A stretch of 64,000 bases of DNA from Takakia lepidozioides (taxonomy: Eukaryota; Plantae; Bryophyta), in the NCBI GenBank assembly GCA_030704615.1, contig CM060734.1, positions 62,682,001 to 62,746,000 on the forward strand. Direction: 5' to 3'. The position numbers and the translations under genes are program-made. The notes beneath the pieces are model-generated. The model was not told the origin of the DNA. It did not search any database and saw nothing but the letters and a program-made list of their open reading frames with translations. Position 1 is the first letter of the stretch. Each line of letters opens with the position of its first letter. Of this stretch, positions 1-11,164 are shown in pieces.

Positions 1-1513
1 GCAGATAGCAGTCAACAAACCGATGGGCCTACAGCTGCTTCCTGGGGATCTTCTTCAGCGGACCATCCACACACAGTTACAATGGCCAACTGCTGTTCAA
101 GAGAAGAAGAGTCACGATCTTGCAGCCCTCCACCCACTTTGTCAACTGAAAGACCTTTGGAAACCCCCTCCGTTCCATCGGCTTGGAAGAGGCCCCTTGG
201 GTACGGGACCCCATAATCCACATTGGACTTTATTCAACTGTCAAACTAAGTTGTTGCCGAACCCAAAGTATTAAATGGCGTGAAGAGATTTTGTCCATCA
301 TTAAGTTCTTGGGCTTCTTGTATTCCAAATTTTTCTTATGGTTCTTGGCAGAGTGGTTGTCTGTGCAAACTTACGGCTGCCAAGTCTTGACTTGATACTG
401 AACTGGCTGCTGGAACATCTGCAAGCACTGGCCATAGTATGCTTGATGAGTGGTGGTCTGATGAGCTGTATATCAACATTTAACGAAGCAGGCTATTTAG
501 TGTACATGTGCTGTTAGCCCATCACATGTTACTACAGAAAAATCCCCATGTCTTGATGTGATCATGCAGGTGCTGGAGGGAAACCAGCTCGAAGAGAGGT
601 CACTGTTACTTGGTGGAACACAGTTGATAATCAAAGTCTAGTCAAGGTATTCTCATCACTGCAGTCATGCACTTTGTTGGTCTTTATCTCGTGAGACTTC
701 TCTCCCTGGCATAGTTGGAACCTCCTGTTCTTTAGTCTTCTGTGATTTTCAGCTTAACGTCTTCTGATTTGATAAGGGGCAGGTGTACTCTTCTGTCAAG
801 AAATGGAAGATGGTTGTGAGGTAGTGATATCCAGCAACGACTTTACGATCGACACAATAATGCAAAGCCTGCTTCTCGAGTGCCTCACTGCCAGTGGAAC
901 TTCCAGGTTCATGTACACCTAAAAATTAAGTCCCACATTTATCTTCAAAGATTCCTCAGAACTGGGTTCTCAAGCTTTAGGCAAGAATATAGTTCATGTT
1001 CTCTTTTAAGTGCAGCCTGAACACAGGTTGGTTCTGCTTCTTAGTCAGCGAAGCTCAACATACCAAGTGGGTTGTGGAAGATATATGTGTGGCTTAAATA
1101 TGTTCTCACACCATCCAGTGTACTAGTGTGCTGGTGTGCAGGTGCAATCCTTCATAGGGCAGCCACATCAGATACATATACACCTGGCGGCACTTGTGCA
1201 TCCCCTAGTGGGTGGGTGTACTTACTTGGTATCTCATTCTATAAGAGATGGTCATGACCTGTCCAGTGATTGCGATCTTGGGTTGTGGATTCGTCGTATC
1301 CGTTTTTGAATGTGGCATCTTAATGATCCTTTCTGAAACCAGTAGGGGGTGGACATTGAGCCCAGTGTTTGTACATCCGGTACCGTTGATATATGGTGGA
1401 TGCATTTAAGGTGATATATTCAACAGTACAAGGGGTACATTACACTAAACAAACTTTGCGCTAACAAATGAGGATGGTTCACTGTAAACAGGTGACCCTC
1501 TATATGTTGTCAG

Positions 1514-4500
1514 GGGCAGATGGCGAGCAGATTTTACAACTGGGGTCAGCAGCCTTCAGAAGGAGCTAGATCCTGCCGTTTCTGGCACTGGTGGGGATGT
1601 GAGGACATTATGTAAGGCAGGACAACTAAAAGAGGCGATTCAGATTTTAAACCAACAAGGCATTTGGTCAGACTCCAATACTTGTGTCTTTATCTTGCAG
1701 CAGTGCGTCAACATGAAAGCCCTAGCAGAGGGAAAGCAGGTGCATGCCCACATTGTCCAGAGTGACGGCAAGAAGGTCCATGGTGACCTCATTCAAGCTG
1801 GAATACTGCCAGATATCATTCTGGAAACCGTCCTTGTGGACATGTATGCGAAATGCAGAAGCATGAAGAATGCCCGTGAAGTGTTTGATAACATGGCTAA
1901 ACGAGATGTAGTCTCATGGAATTGTATGATCACAGGATATGCTCAGCATGGATGCAGTAGGAAGGCTTTTGACATCTATGAGCAAATGATGCGGGAAGGG
2001 GTAACACCCACCAAGGTCACGTTCATTTCTGTTCAAAAGGAAGGTGCCGCCCTGGGGGGCCTCAAAAAGGTCAAAGAGGTCCATGCCAACATCATCAAAG
2101 CTGGAGTTGTGCCAGAGTCAACGAAATGTGGTCTCATGGAGTGCCATGATTGCAGGTTATGCCCATCATGGGTGTGGAGGTGAAGCTTTAAAGATGTATG
2201 AGGAAATGCAACAGGAAGGGGTGACCCCCAACAGGGTGACATTCATTTCCGTTCTCAAGGCGTGTGCCAGCTTAGAAACCCTAGAAAAAGCAAAGAAGTC
2301 CATGGTGACATTGTCAATGCTGGAATCAAACCCGATGTCATGCTGAAGACTGCCCTTGCTGACATGTATGCCAAATGTGGGAGTATGAAGGATGCATGTC
2401 AAGTGTTCAACAATATGGCTCAACGAAATGGGATCTCATGGAGTGCAGTGATCACAGGATATGCTCAGCATGGGTTTGGCAGGGAGGCTTTGGAGATGTA
2501 TGAGCAAATGATATCGGAAGGAGTGACACCCGACAAGGTCACTTTCATTTCCGTTCTCAAGACGTGTGCCAGCCTAGAAGCCCTGGGAAAGGGCAAAGAG
2601 GTCCATGCTGACATTGTCAAAGCTGGAATTGTGCCAGATAGCATTCTGGAAACTGCCCTTGCTAACATGTATGCCAAATGTGGGAGTGTGAAGGATGCAC
2701 GTCAGGTGTTGGACAATATGTCTATACGAGATACAGTCTCATGGAATATGATGATCACAGGGTATGCTCAGCATGGATGTGCTAGGGAGGCTGTTGGGCT
2801 GTATGCGCAAATGCTACAGGAAGGGGTGACTCCCAACAGGGTAACGTTCATTTGCATTCTCAATGCCTGTGCCAGCCTGGCAGACCTAGAAAAGGGCCAA
2901 GTGGTCCATGCTGACATCATCAGAGCTGGATTCATGCCAGATAACAGTCTGGACACTGCCCTTATTGATATGTATGCCAAATGTGGGAGCATGAAGGAGC
3001 GCATCAAGTGTTCGAACAAATGATCCAACAAGTTGCGATGATATTAGGATATGTTCAGAATGGTTGTGGTAGGGAGGCTTTCAAGATGTATGAGCGAATG
3101 ATATGTGAAGGGGTGACGCCCAACGAGGTCACATTCATTTGTGTGCTCAATGCGTGTGCAAGTTTAGTGGCCTTGGAAAGGGCCGACAGGTCCATGCTGA
3201 CATCATCAAAGCTGGAATTTGTCATATGTAAAATTTGGAGAATACCCTCGTCAACATGTATGCCAAATGTGGGAGCATGAATGATGCGCGTCAAGTTTTC
3301 AACAGTATGTCTGAAGTGCAATGATTGCAGGATATGGCGAGCATGGGTGTCATAGAGAGGCTTTGGAGATGTATGAGTAAATGATACAGGAAGGGGTGAG
3401 GCCTGATCGGGTTGCATTCATTTGTGTTCTCAATGTGTGCGTCCGCCTTGCAGCCCTGGAAAAGGGTAAAGAGGTCCATGCTGACATCCTCAAAACTGAT
3501 CTTGCAACCTATATTAATTTGGAGAATACCCTTGTCAACATGTATGCAAAATGTGGGAGCATGAAGGATGCACGTCAATTATTTGATACTATGTCTAGAA
3601 AGGATGTGGTGTCATGGAGTGTAGTGATCGCTGGATATGGTCAGAATGGGTGTGCTAGGGAGGCCCTCCAACTATTTGAACAAATGTATCAAGAAGGCCT
3701 AAAGCCAAATGGTATCACCTATATATCTCTTCTTTCTGCATGTAGCCATGTGGGCCTACTAGATGAAGGCTGTCACTATTTTGATTCCATAAGTCGAGAT
3801 CAAAGCCTCAATCGGACAGTGGAGCATTTTGGCTGCATGGTGGACCTTCTTGGCCGTGCAGGGCGGCTGGATGAGGCAGAAGACTTGATTAGCAAAATGC
3901 TGATTGAACCAGCTGCTTCAGTGTGGGGGGCCTTGCTTGGTGCCTGCAGAATTCATGGCAATGTGGAGCTAGCAGAACGTGCGGCAAAATTTCTTCTCAG
4001 ATGGGATCCACAGGATGCTGCAACTTACGTGTTGCTATCAAACATCTATGCTGCAGCTGGCAGGTGGGAGGATACAGTGAAGGTGAGAAAAATGATGGAG
4101 GACAGAGGTGTCAGAAAAGAGGCAGGGCGTAGCTGCATTGAAGTGGACAACCATGTGCATACATTTGTTGTAGAAGACAACTCACATCCACAAATTAAGG
4201 AAATTCATTCAGAGCTGAGGAGATTGTATGGACAGATGAAGGAGACCGGATATGTGCCTGACATGCGCTTTGTATTGCATGACATAGAGGAGGAGCGAAA
4301 GGAATTTTCTCTTTGCTACCACAGCGAGAAGCTAGCCATTGGTTTTGGGCTGATCAGCACGCCCCCTGGGATGCCAATTCGTGTCATCAAGAACCTTCGG
4401 GTATGCAGTGACTGCCACACTGCCACCAAGTTCATCTCGAGAATTGTTGGGCGAGCAGTTATAGTACGTGATGCCAACTGCTTTCACCACTTCCAAGATG

Positions 4501-4529
4501 GGGCTTGTTCTTGTGGTGATTACTGGTGA
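1514..4529 (+). pseudogene. PLS-class PPR-DYW gene (organellar C-to-U RNA editing factor); P-L-S array disrupted by frameshifts, deletions and a stop, 3' E-DYW part intact
   Basis: ORFs 1599-2183, 2044-2346, 2262-3023, 2981-3280 and 3381-4529 carry successive P (VVSWN.MI.GYAQHG...EGVTP), L (VTFISVL.ACA.L..LEKGKEVHA.I) and S (LETAL.DMYAKCGS..DA..VF..M) motifs in changing frames. Lesions at ~1765, ~2118, ~2290, ~2998, ~3030, ~3185 and ~3315, plus TAA at 3378-3380. A likely acceptor (cag at 1511-1513) implies upstream exon(s) that were not resolved. Confidence 0.9.
3381..4529 (+). CDS. Intact C-terminal PPR-E1-E2-DYW ORF (382 aa): L1-S1-P2-L2-S2-E1-E2-DYW cytidine deaminase
   Basis: Uninterrupted ORF with SLLSACSHVGLLDEG (L2), EHFGCMVDLLGRAGRL (S2), WGALLGACRIHGN (E1), YVLLSNIYAAAGRW (E2), a PG-box variant KEAGRSCIE, the HSEKLA and CSDCH zinc ligands, and terminal CSCGDYW*. 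Confidence 0.85.
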   Translation: MIQEGVRPDRVAFICVLNVCVRLAALEKGKEVHADILKTDLATYINLENTLVNMYAKCGSMKDARQLFDTMSRKDVVSWSVVIAGYGQNGCAREALQLFEQMYQEGLKPNGITYISLLSACSHVGLLDEGCHYFDSISRDQSLNRTVEHFGCMVDLLGRAGRLDEAEDLISKMLIEPAASVWGALLGACRIHGNVELAERAAKFLLRWDPQDAATYVLLSNIYAAAGRWEDTVKVRKMMEDRGVRKEAGRSCIEVDNHVHTFVVEDNSHPQIKEIHSELRRLYGQMKETGYVPDMRFVLHDIEEERKEFSLCYHSEKLAIGFGLISTPPGMPIRVIKNLRVCSDCHTATKFISRIVGRAVIVRDANCFHHFQDGACSCGDYW

Positions 4530-4689
4530 AGATACATTCAAAAAGGATGGAAGTGTGTTGCTTCAGACGCGACAGTGAAACTGCATGAGTTTTCATAATT
4601 TCTCCAAGCAACAAGTGAAGTTGGAAGGAAGAATTTGTGCCATTAATTGCAGCAGGAAGTTATGCACTTTTTGTGAGCTGCCCGTGTTA

Positions 4690-5185
4690 ATCATTAGGTC
4701 TTAAGTATGACCTTGGACAGCTGCAATGGAGTGGCAGAAAATCCCTTTTCAGAGAAGTTGTTGACAGATCATAAGGAAGCGTAGGCATGAAGAAATCCTT
4801 TTGTATGGGAATACTAAAGTCTTGCAAAAACGAAGGATTGAACAGGATCCTCAAAACATACAGGACGGCTGGCATTGGGAGGGCAACTTTCTTTGGTAGG
4901 ATTTCAGAGCATCCCACTGACTCCATACACGCACACAGCTATAATTTTATTTCTTACAAAGGAGGCAGGTACCCATCTGGCGATATGGCTCTTCCATACC
5001 CGGGGTTGGGGCGGAGTCCTCTCTCCTGGCTCCCAATGGTATCAATGAGCTCCTTATCGCACTCCATTCAGACACATTTGTTGGCTCCTCCCTAATGAGA
5101 CCATGCATAGATTGTTTTTTCCCGATGTACCTTCCCCACTTAATCCTACCTATCAAAGTAAAAAAAAAAAAAAAAAAAAACAAAA
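4690..5185 (+). mobile_element. Possible 5'-truncated retroposon (LINE 3' end) with poly(A) tail
   Basis: Run of ~21 A at 5160-5180 following non-genic sequence downstream of the PPR stop. No TSD or RT motif recognised, and the left boundary is a guess. Confidence 0.3.
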
Positions 5186-5582
5186 CCGAAAAGAGCTTAA
5201 TACCTTTCCTAATAGATAGAAATTTACAGTAAACATTTTTATCCGCCAGCTGTTACCCATAACTTCGTCAGTGCTATAATTTCATTGTATTCAGCTCCCT
5301 TCACTTCTACTACATCCACATTCATCTCTCTATGTCCACCCTCCTTTGGCCTATTTTAATTTTGGAACAACTTGGGGTACATATTCCAGTTATCAGTTAA
5401 GTGGAGAAGATGGAGGGTGAGTTAGGCCGGTTTGGCCAAAAGATAGGCTGAAGTGCAATAAATGTCAAAAGAGTAGGCGAGCAAAATACAAAGGGGATAA
5501 GTGGCTCGGCCACAAGAGGCTATGTCCTTTGGTGATTTTGTGGTTATTGTTTTATACTTTTTCTAAGGCTTCATGAATCATT

Positions 5583-5996
5583 CCCATCAACCCTCCATAG
5601 ACTAGGCTTAATGGAGAAGCCTAGTTCTCTCCCTAAAGATGTATCCACAATGCCTCTATCCCTTGTGGGTCCCATCAACCCTCTAAAGACTAGGCTCTCT
5701 CTCTCTAGGCTTAATGGATAAGCCTGGTTCTTTGTTCTCCGCCGAAGCAAGAAGTCTCCACAATGCCTCTATCCCTTGCGGTCCCATCAACCCTCTAAAG
5801 ACTAGGGGCGCTCTCTCTCTCTAGGCTTAATGGATAAGCCCAGTTCTCTCCCTAAAGATGTCTCCACAATGCCTCTATCCCTTGCGGTCCCATCAACCCT
5901 CTAATGACTAACTAGGCTCTCTCTATCTCTCTCTAGGCTTAATGGATAAGCCTAGTTCTCCATTCTCCGCCTAGGCAAGAAGTCTCCACAATGCCT
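5583..5996. repeat. Tandem minisatellite, 4 units of ~88-112 bp with an internal (CT)n
   Basis: CCCATCAACCCTCT..AGACTAGG..CTAGGCTTAATGGA.AAGCC..GTCTCCACAATGCCT recurs with unit starts at 5583, 5671, 5783 and 5889. Confidence 0.9.
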
Positions 5997-7486
5997 TGCG
6001 GGACAGAGCCAATAAAGAGAGGACCAAACTCAAAATAGCACCGACGTGAGCATGTATTTGTGAGCATGTATTTGGTTCTTGGCATTCCTCTTGGGGGCGT
6101 GGTGCGGCGCGGAAAGAAGCCGGCTGGCGGGGAGGCTGGGGACGGGCCGACACTGACAAGTGTGCACACCTTGCCATGAGCCCGCTGCTGTTGTAGGCTC
6201 ACCCGTCTCTTCCTCAACTTAACGAATGTGCAAAGTGGCCACCAAAGGGATTGTGGGGATGTATTGGGGCAAAGGGGAAGGTGACTTAACGGATACCTTT
6301 ATTATCCTAGTAGAGTAGATAAGTAACAATGAATATACAATGCCCTGTAAATAAATAATATATATTTTAAAAATCATTTTATGTCACATTTACATATGAA
6401 AAACTTCCGTTTTTATTGGAGGGGACTACGCATCGTTGTCAAAATTCGCTAAGCCACTGGTAATACCTTCCTCAGATAACACCTTTCTGATTGAACAATT
6501 TATGAAAAATAAATGGATGAATTTGCAGGTTTATTATGGATGAGGAGCCATACGCGTCTAGGAGCTTGTTTTTCTTAATTAGTAAATGAAAGGGGACAAA
6601 GGCCTGTTACTCAAATTATAGGCGAACGAGGAAGCCAGGGCCAGAAAGGCGAAACACACGTTGGGAGCCTCCCAGAATAGCCACATTTGTATGGATAATG
6701 ATGTTGAAATATGAAATGCAATGACTGTGTACAACCGCCCAAAAACAGCAATCCAGAGTTGAATATATATATCTAGAGAATTGCATGTATTTATGTTTTT
6801 TTAATACATGTACTTATACAATCATTAAATACAACATATAAGGACACATTTTTTTATGGATATCAGTTTACAAATATCTCATTTTTACTACCTAAGTTTA
6901 GTCTCTCAATACTCTTGTAAATGGATCTTGGCATTCTTGGATTTGCATACAACATGGTGTACAGTGTACACCTATGGAAGTTGTTTACTGCCTTGGTGAA
7001 CGACTCTTGTTGATAAGCTCCTCTGCATGTGCGTCTGCCCTGCATGCAAAAAACCACTCTTCTTGAACTACACTCCCAGGTTCCTAGAGCTTTGCCGTGG
7101 AGGAGAGACGCATAATTTTCCACCAAGCTCTTAAGTGTCATAAGCCCCAGAAGAGCAAAGTTGTCCCCCTCGTTCATAGGCTCTCGGTGGGGCGGCGTGG
7201 GCCTCTCAAGCACACTAAATTGTTCCATCCGCTCCTCCACTTGAGCAGCCATTCACTTATGCCACCAAAATATACCCTCCCACAAACAGACCTTCCAAAA
7301 TATCCTTCACATTCCTGGCTGGGTACTAAACAACGAAGATGCACAAACTTTTTCTTAAAGCTGACCGACGAGGAAATGCCAAGAAAGTACATTGTATTAA
7401 ACTGCTTTGTACGAGTTTGTTGGAAAGTATTATACGTATTTTGGCCTGATGTTGAAAAACGATTTTTTTTAATCTTTAAAAAAAAA

Positions 7487-7558
7487 GAGAACAGGGGACA
7501 GTGGCCCTGGTAAATTTTATTAATTGGTAAGGAAAAAAAGCCACGAAGGCAGAGGAAA
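7487..7558 (-). repeat. Dispersed repeat terminus (GAGAACAGGGGACAGTGGCCCTGGTAAA...); inverted copy at 17958-18043
   Basis: Near-identical reverse complement at 17958-18043. More diverged relatives at ~6590 and ~49300-49385. Confidence 0.75.
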
Positions 7559-8988
7559 AACGAATCTTGTCCCCTGATTGAAAGAATTATGTCTTGAGGA
7601 TAAAAGGGATTTTCTTAATATGTATCAAATGTCATTGAAAAAGAATATCCTCTCGATGTTATAGAATATTCGTTCAAGTCCTTATGGTTTCTGGCATCTT
7701 GTCTTGAGATCCATGGTATTTTAGAATCTTTTCCAGAATGGCTTGTTTTGGGCTGCCGTACCAGGCTGGGTCCCAGCCGCACCAGTCCGAACCCAACACC
7801 GAAGCTATCAGGCAGTTGTATGGATGAAAAGGGATGTTCGTCGGTCCATCGGCTCACAGGCAGGGCAGGCAAACCTAACCTAAAAGGTGGCGAGGTTTCC
7901 CGCCGCAGCGCAGGTTTGAAAGGTGGCTGCTGCCAAATCTCGCTCGTATCTGCTCTGCACTCTGCGCTGTGCAGGCCAGTCTGCAGAGTGTTGCGACTGA
8001 ACGCTTGCGCCGTCTCCAGAAGTAATGGACGAAAGTACAGTGCGTTTGCATTTACAGGCTGCTTTGATGGCGCTGCTTTTCTCCACATCGCTTGCCACTG
8101 TCTCACCGACGCCAGGAGCAAATGCAAAATTTGGCTTAGTGTTGTACACTAGTGTTCCAGCACTCCTTTGTTGGTTTCTTTATTTTGTCAGTGCGGGGAT
8201 TCGCATCGCACATTATGATGACTCCACTAGATTTTGTGTGCTCGACTCGGAGCTGCTGAATGACGAACTCTGTTGTCTTTCTCAAGCTGCCAAGCCATGG
8301 TCATCTACCTCTTATGTTTTTCTTTTTGACAGATTTTACTGCCTGCAAGGCTTTCAGGTGGCCTTCAGTAGACGTGAGAGGAGGGTCCACTCTGCCAGCT
8401 ACTGCTCCCTCAATCCACCATCCTTTCAACTCTGCCGTTGTTTTTGGGGTCTGCGCAGCTAGCAAATTGCAATCGTTGCTCAAGTTTCTGGGCCGCACTC
8501 TCATTGGTGTCATGGTTTAGCAAAGAAATGCCTTGGGCCCGATCATGGTCTCGTCACGACATGTGGTCCATCGGAGGGTTTATGGTTATTATGATTAGTT
8601 TTGAAATGTTGCAGCTATGGAGGTCTCATAACCGGAGCTGGGCGAGTTGCAATCACATTTGAACGACTCACGTGCTATCACTTGATATCTACATTTTCCC
8701 TGGAGACAGGTGCCAGATAAGTGCTATTCGGTGATGATTCGGGATCTGTCACCGGCTGCGTTTCCCTTTACATGTTTTGAATTCACTTGGCATCCTACAT
8801 GTCAGTCCAATTACGATCCTTGGTTAGGATGCTGATTGTTGCAATCTGCTTTTCGCCCTCAATTTGTTTCATTTCCCATCCCTTGTCCTCCCCTCAGGAA
8901 CCAAGAATTAGATTCATGTACATGTCAAGTTCGGCGTCTGATTTTCCATCGCTCATAGTCAGTCTTCCTATTGCAAGCTTCTGGGAAA

Positions 8989-9438
8989 ATGACTTCCATG
9001 CTCGCAGACTTTTTCATCTTTTTCGTAGCTCTACTGGTTGATTTAGTTTCCTATGTCGTATTTGAGCTGATCTGCATCATCCTTCTCCTGGTTTATCACA
9101 TACTGAAGATTCCGGGTTTCATTGCTTGGCGCCTACTATTTTTTACCTTGAAAGGCATCCCAAACCTTCTGGATGTTTTCGTCACAAATTTGGCATATTT
9201 ACTCTGGTCAACTGCAGTAGGGCTGCTGCTCTTGGTGCTACTTACTCTCAGACACTCAGTGAGGTTTGCATTCCACGTCGTCTTTAATCTCACATCTTCT
9301 GTCTACGTTGCGCTTCATAATTTTGGTGATCTCATGTCCGCTCTCGTGACCAATGTGGGGAAGCTTCTGGTGCTCTCCCTCTTTAACATATGGAAGAACT
9401 TGGTGATCGCCATCTCGGACTTCATCTCGAATATGTGA
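8989..9438 (+). CDS. Putative small hydrophobic/amphipathic membrane protein (149 aa), function unknown
   Basis: ATG at 8989, in frame with ORF 8971-9438. Strongly hydrophobic helical segments (FFIFFVALLVDLVSYVVFELICIILLLVYHILKIPG...). No recognisable domain. Confidence 0.45.
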   Translation: MTSMLADFFIFFVALLVDLVSYVVFELICIILLLVYHILKIPGFIAWRLLFFTLKGIPNLLDVFVTNLAYLLWSTAVGLLLLVLLTLRHSVRFAFHVVFNLTSSVYVALHNFGDLMSALVTNVGKLLVLSLFNIWKNLVIAISDFISNM

Positions 9439-11164
9439 TTCATTTTACACTGAGGAAAGTGCCTTCTGGCTATGCCTGGGGGATTCTTTGCACACTGCGT
9501 TACTCAAGAGGTGTCAACAAGGTTGTTCACCCGCAGGCATTCGGATGCTTTGCATCTTCTATTCCACAATGTTGTTGGGAGGCCTTGATCGAGTGAGATG
9601 GAGATGAAACTTTACATGGTGGTCAATTTTGTTCCAATTTTAACGCAGGAGAACGGCAAATTCTTCAAGGCTCTTCACATTTCAATGTGCGCTTGTTGCA
9701 GCACCTCGAGCATGTCATGCCATGATATTCCATATGTGACCACGGTTTGGAAGCAACATGTAAGACATGGATCTTGTGGGTGCGAATGGACTGTTGCAAC
9801 ATGGGTTTGCCATTGTTGGTTGTCTCTACCCACAGCAAGAGAAAAAGAATGAGAAAAACGTAGAATCTTCCCCAAGCATAGGGTTTCAAACCAAACTATC
9901 AATGAGAGGGGTAGATAGTCAAGTAGGATCACCGGCAGCACAATTGTGGGCATCAGACACCTCAACCATGACCACACCTTGGATAGAGGACCGAGGCTGA
10001 ATGTCAATTTGGGTACAGACCAGAGTGTCAAGATGGGGAGACTAGCAGCCCTGAACGATGGTGGTTGGCAAGCATCAATCAATGGTGTGGTGTTTGTGAC
10101 CTGCACATGCACCTCCAGTACCTTGCAAATGGTTAAAGGTTTGAGTCCCACACTTTTTGTTCACATCAAAATGCACCAACAAATCATGGTATCTTCATCC
10201 TCCCTATCAGCTTGTTTCCCAATTGAAATGATCTGCAAACCATCAAATTTTCTCTTTACTGTTGGTTGATCCAAGTCCCTGCTTCCAGTTTCTCCTTTGG
10301 AATGTAGTGTAGGTGGGCAGTGTTTCTTCCTCCACAAATTTTTGTATTGAGGTCCTGAGTACAATGACATAATGTGTTTGGCCAACATGGATATCTTGAG
10401 TCTCACATTTTCCAATCATCCTTCCCTCCCCAGAAAAATATGCTCATCTAATCAGTGCAGTATAGAAGTGAGTGTAGACACAGTAAACATTATTTATGGA
10501 GTAAAACACGCAACAGATTTGATACAACTACTATGTCCACAAGCTTTGATGATGGAGGCAATTTCATCATGCCTTCAAATTAAATTCTCTACAACATAAT
10601 CAGTAGAACTGCACTGTAATAGATGCAGCCCCGAAAATCTGTACAAATCTACACTGTTATGATGACCAGAGGAAAGACTACAGCCGACCGAGCCAACGTC
10701 AACTTTAAGAGCCACTTCCCACTTTACTGCTCCTATCCTGCTCCTATCGGAGGGGAGCTCTACAATCATCCAACTATAGCACACAGAAACATAATGAGCT
10801 GCCTCTTTAGCCTCCACTCCACACCATACTCTCATCTGACTTGAATTGAAAGAGGCCTAAACTAGATCTGCCTGGTAGTACCTGCTCAACAAGCTTGAAC
10901 TGAGCTAGGATAATCCCACCCCACAGCTTACCTCGGGTGGTCCTTGAGAGGTTATCGCCCTGCAAAGGGATAGCCCATGGCCTTCCCTCCTTTTTTGTGT
11001 TTGCTGGTGTGTTGACTCATCCACCCCTTAGCCCGCTTCAGCAATGACAAACCTGTCAGTCACATAAACTGATGAGTGTTAGCTGTACACATTCAAAACA
11101 ATTCGCAGTCCAGCGTCCTCACTGATAGAGCCTCTCTAAATTTCATGTCTGTTCTTCTGCATTG

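Noticed and set aside
1-400. Terminal exon of an upstream gene or first exon of the PPR gene
   Set aside because: Two frames are open with no recognisable domain, so it cannot be assigned within this window.
1599-3380. Stops and frameshifts repaired by RNA editing or programmed frameshifting
   Set aside because: This is a nuclear gene whose lesions include multi-codon deletions that editing cannot fix, and no canonical introns span them.
2033-3578. Minus-strand ORFs antisense to PPR repeats (also 50313-51040, 53351-54417)
   Set aside because: Shadow ORFs produced by the repetitive sense-strand coding.
4110-4529. U-to-C (DYW:KP-type) editing enzyme
   Set aside because: It has HSEK, a PG-box-like AGRSCIE and a terminal DYW, not the KP-type signature or GRP/DRH ends; this is consistent with C-to-U.
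5583-5996. CRISPR-like or coding repeat
   Set aside because: Contiguous minisatellite with variable (CT)n, no spacers and no credible ORF.
9598-10844. Additional TAN1 exons or an independent gene
   Set aside because: Short ORFs on both strands without motifs; no phase-supported link could be established.
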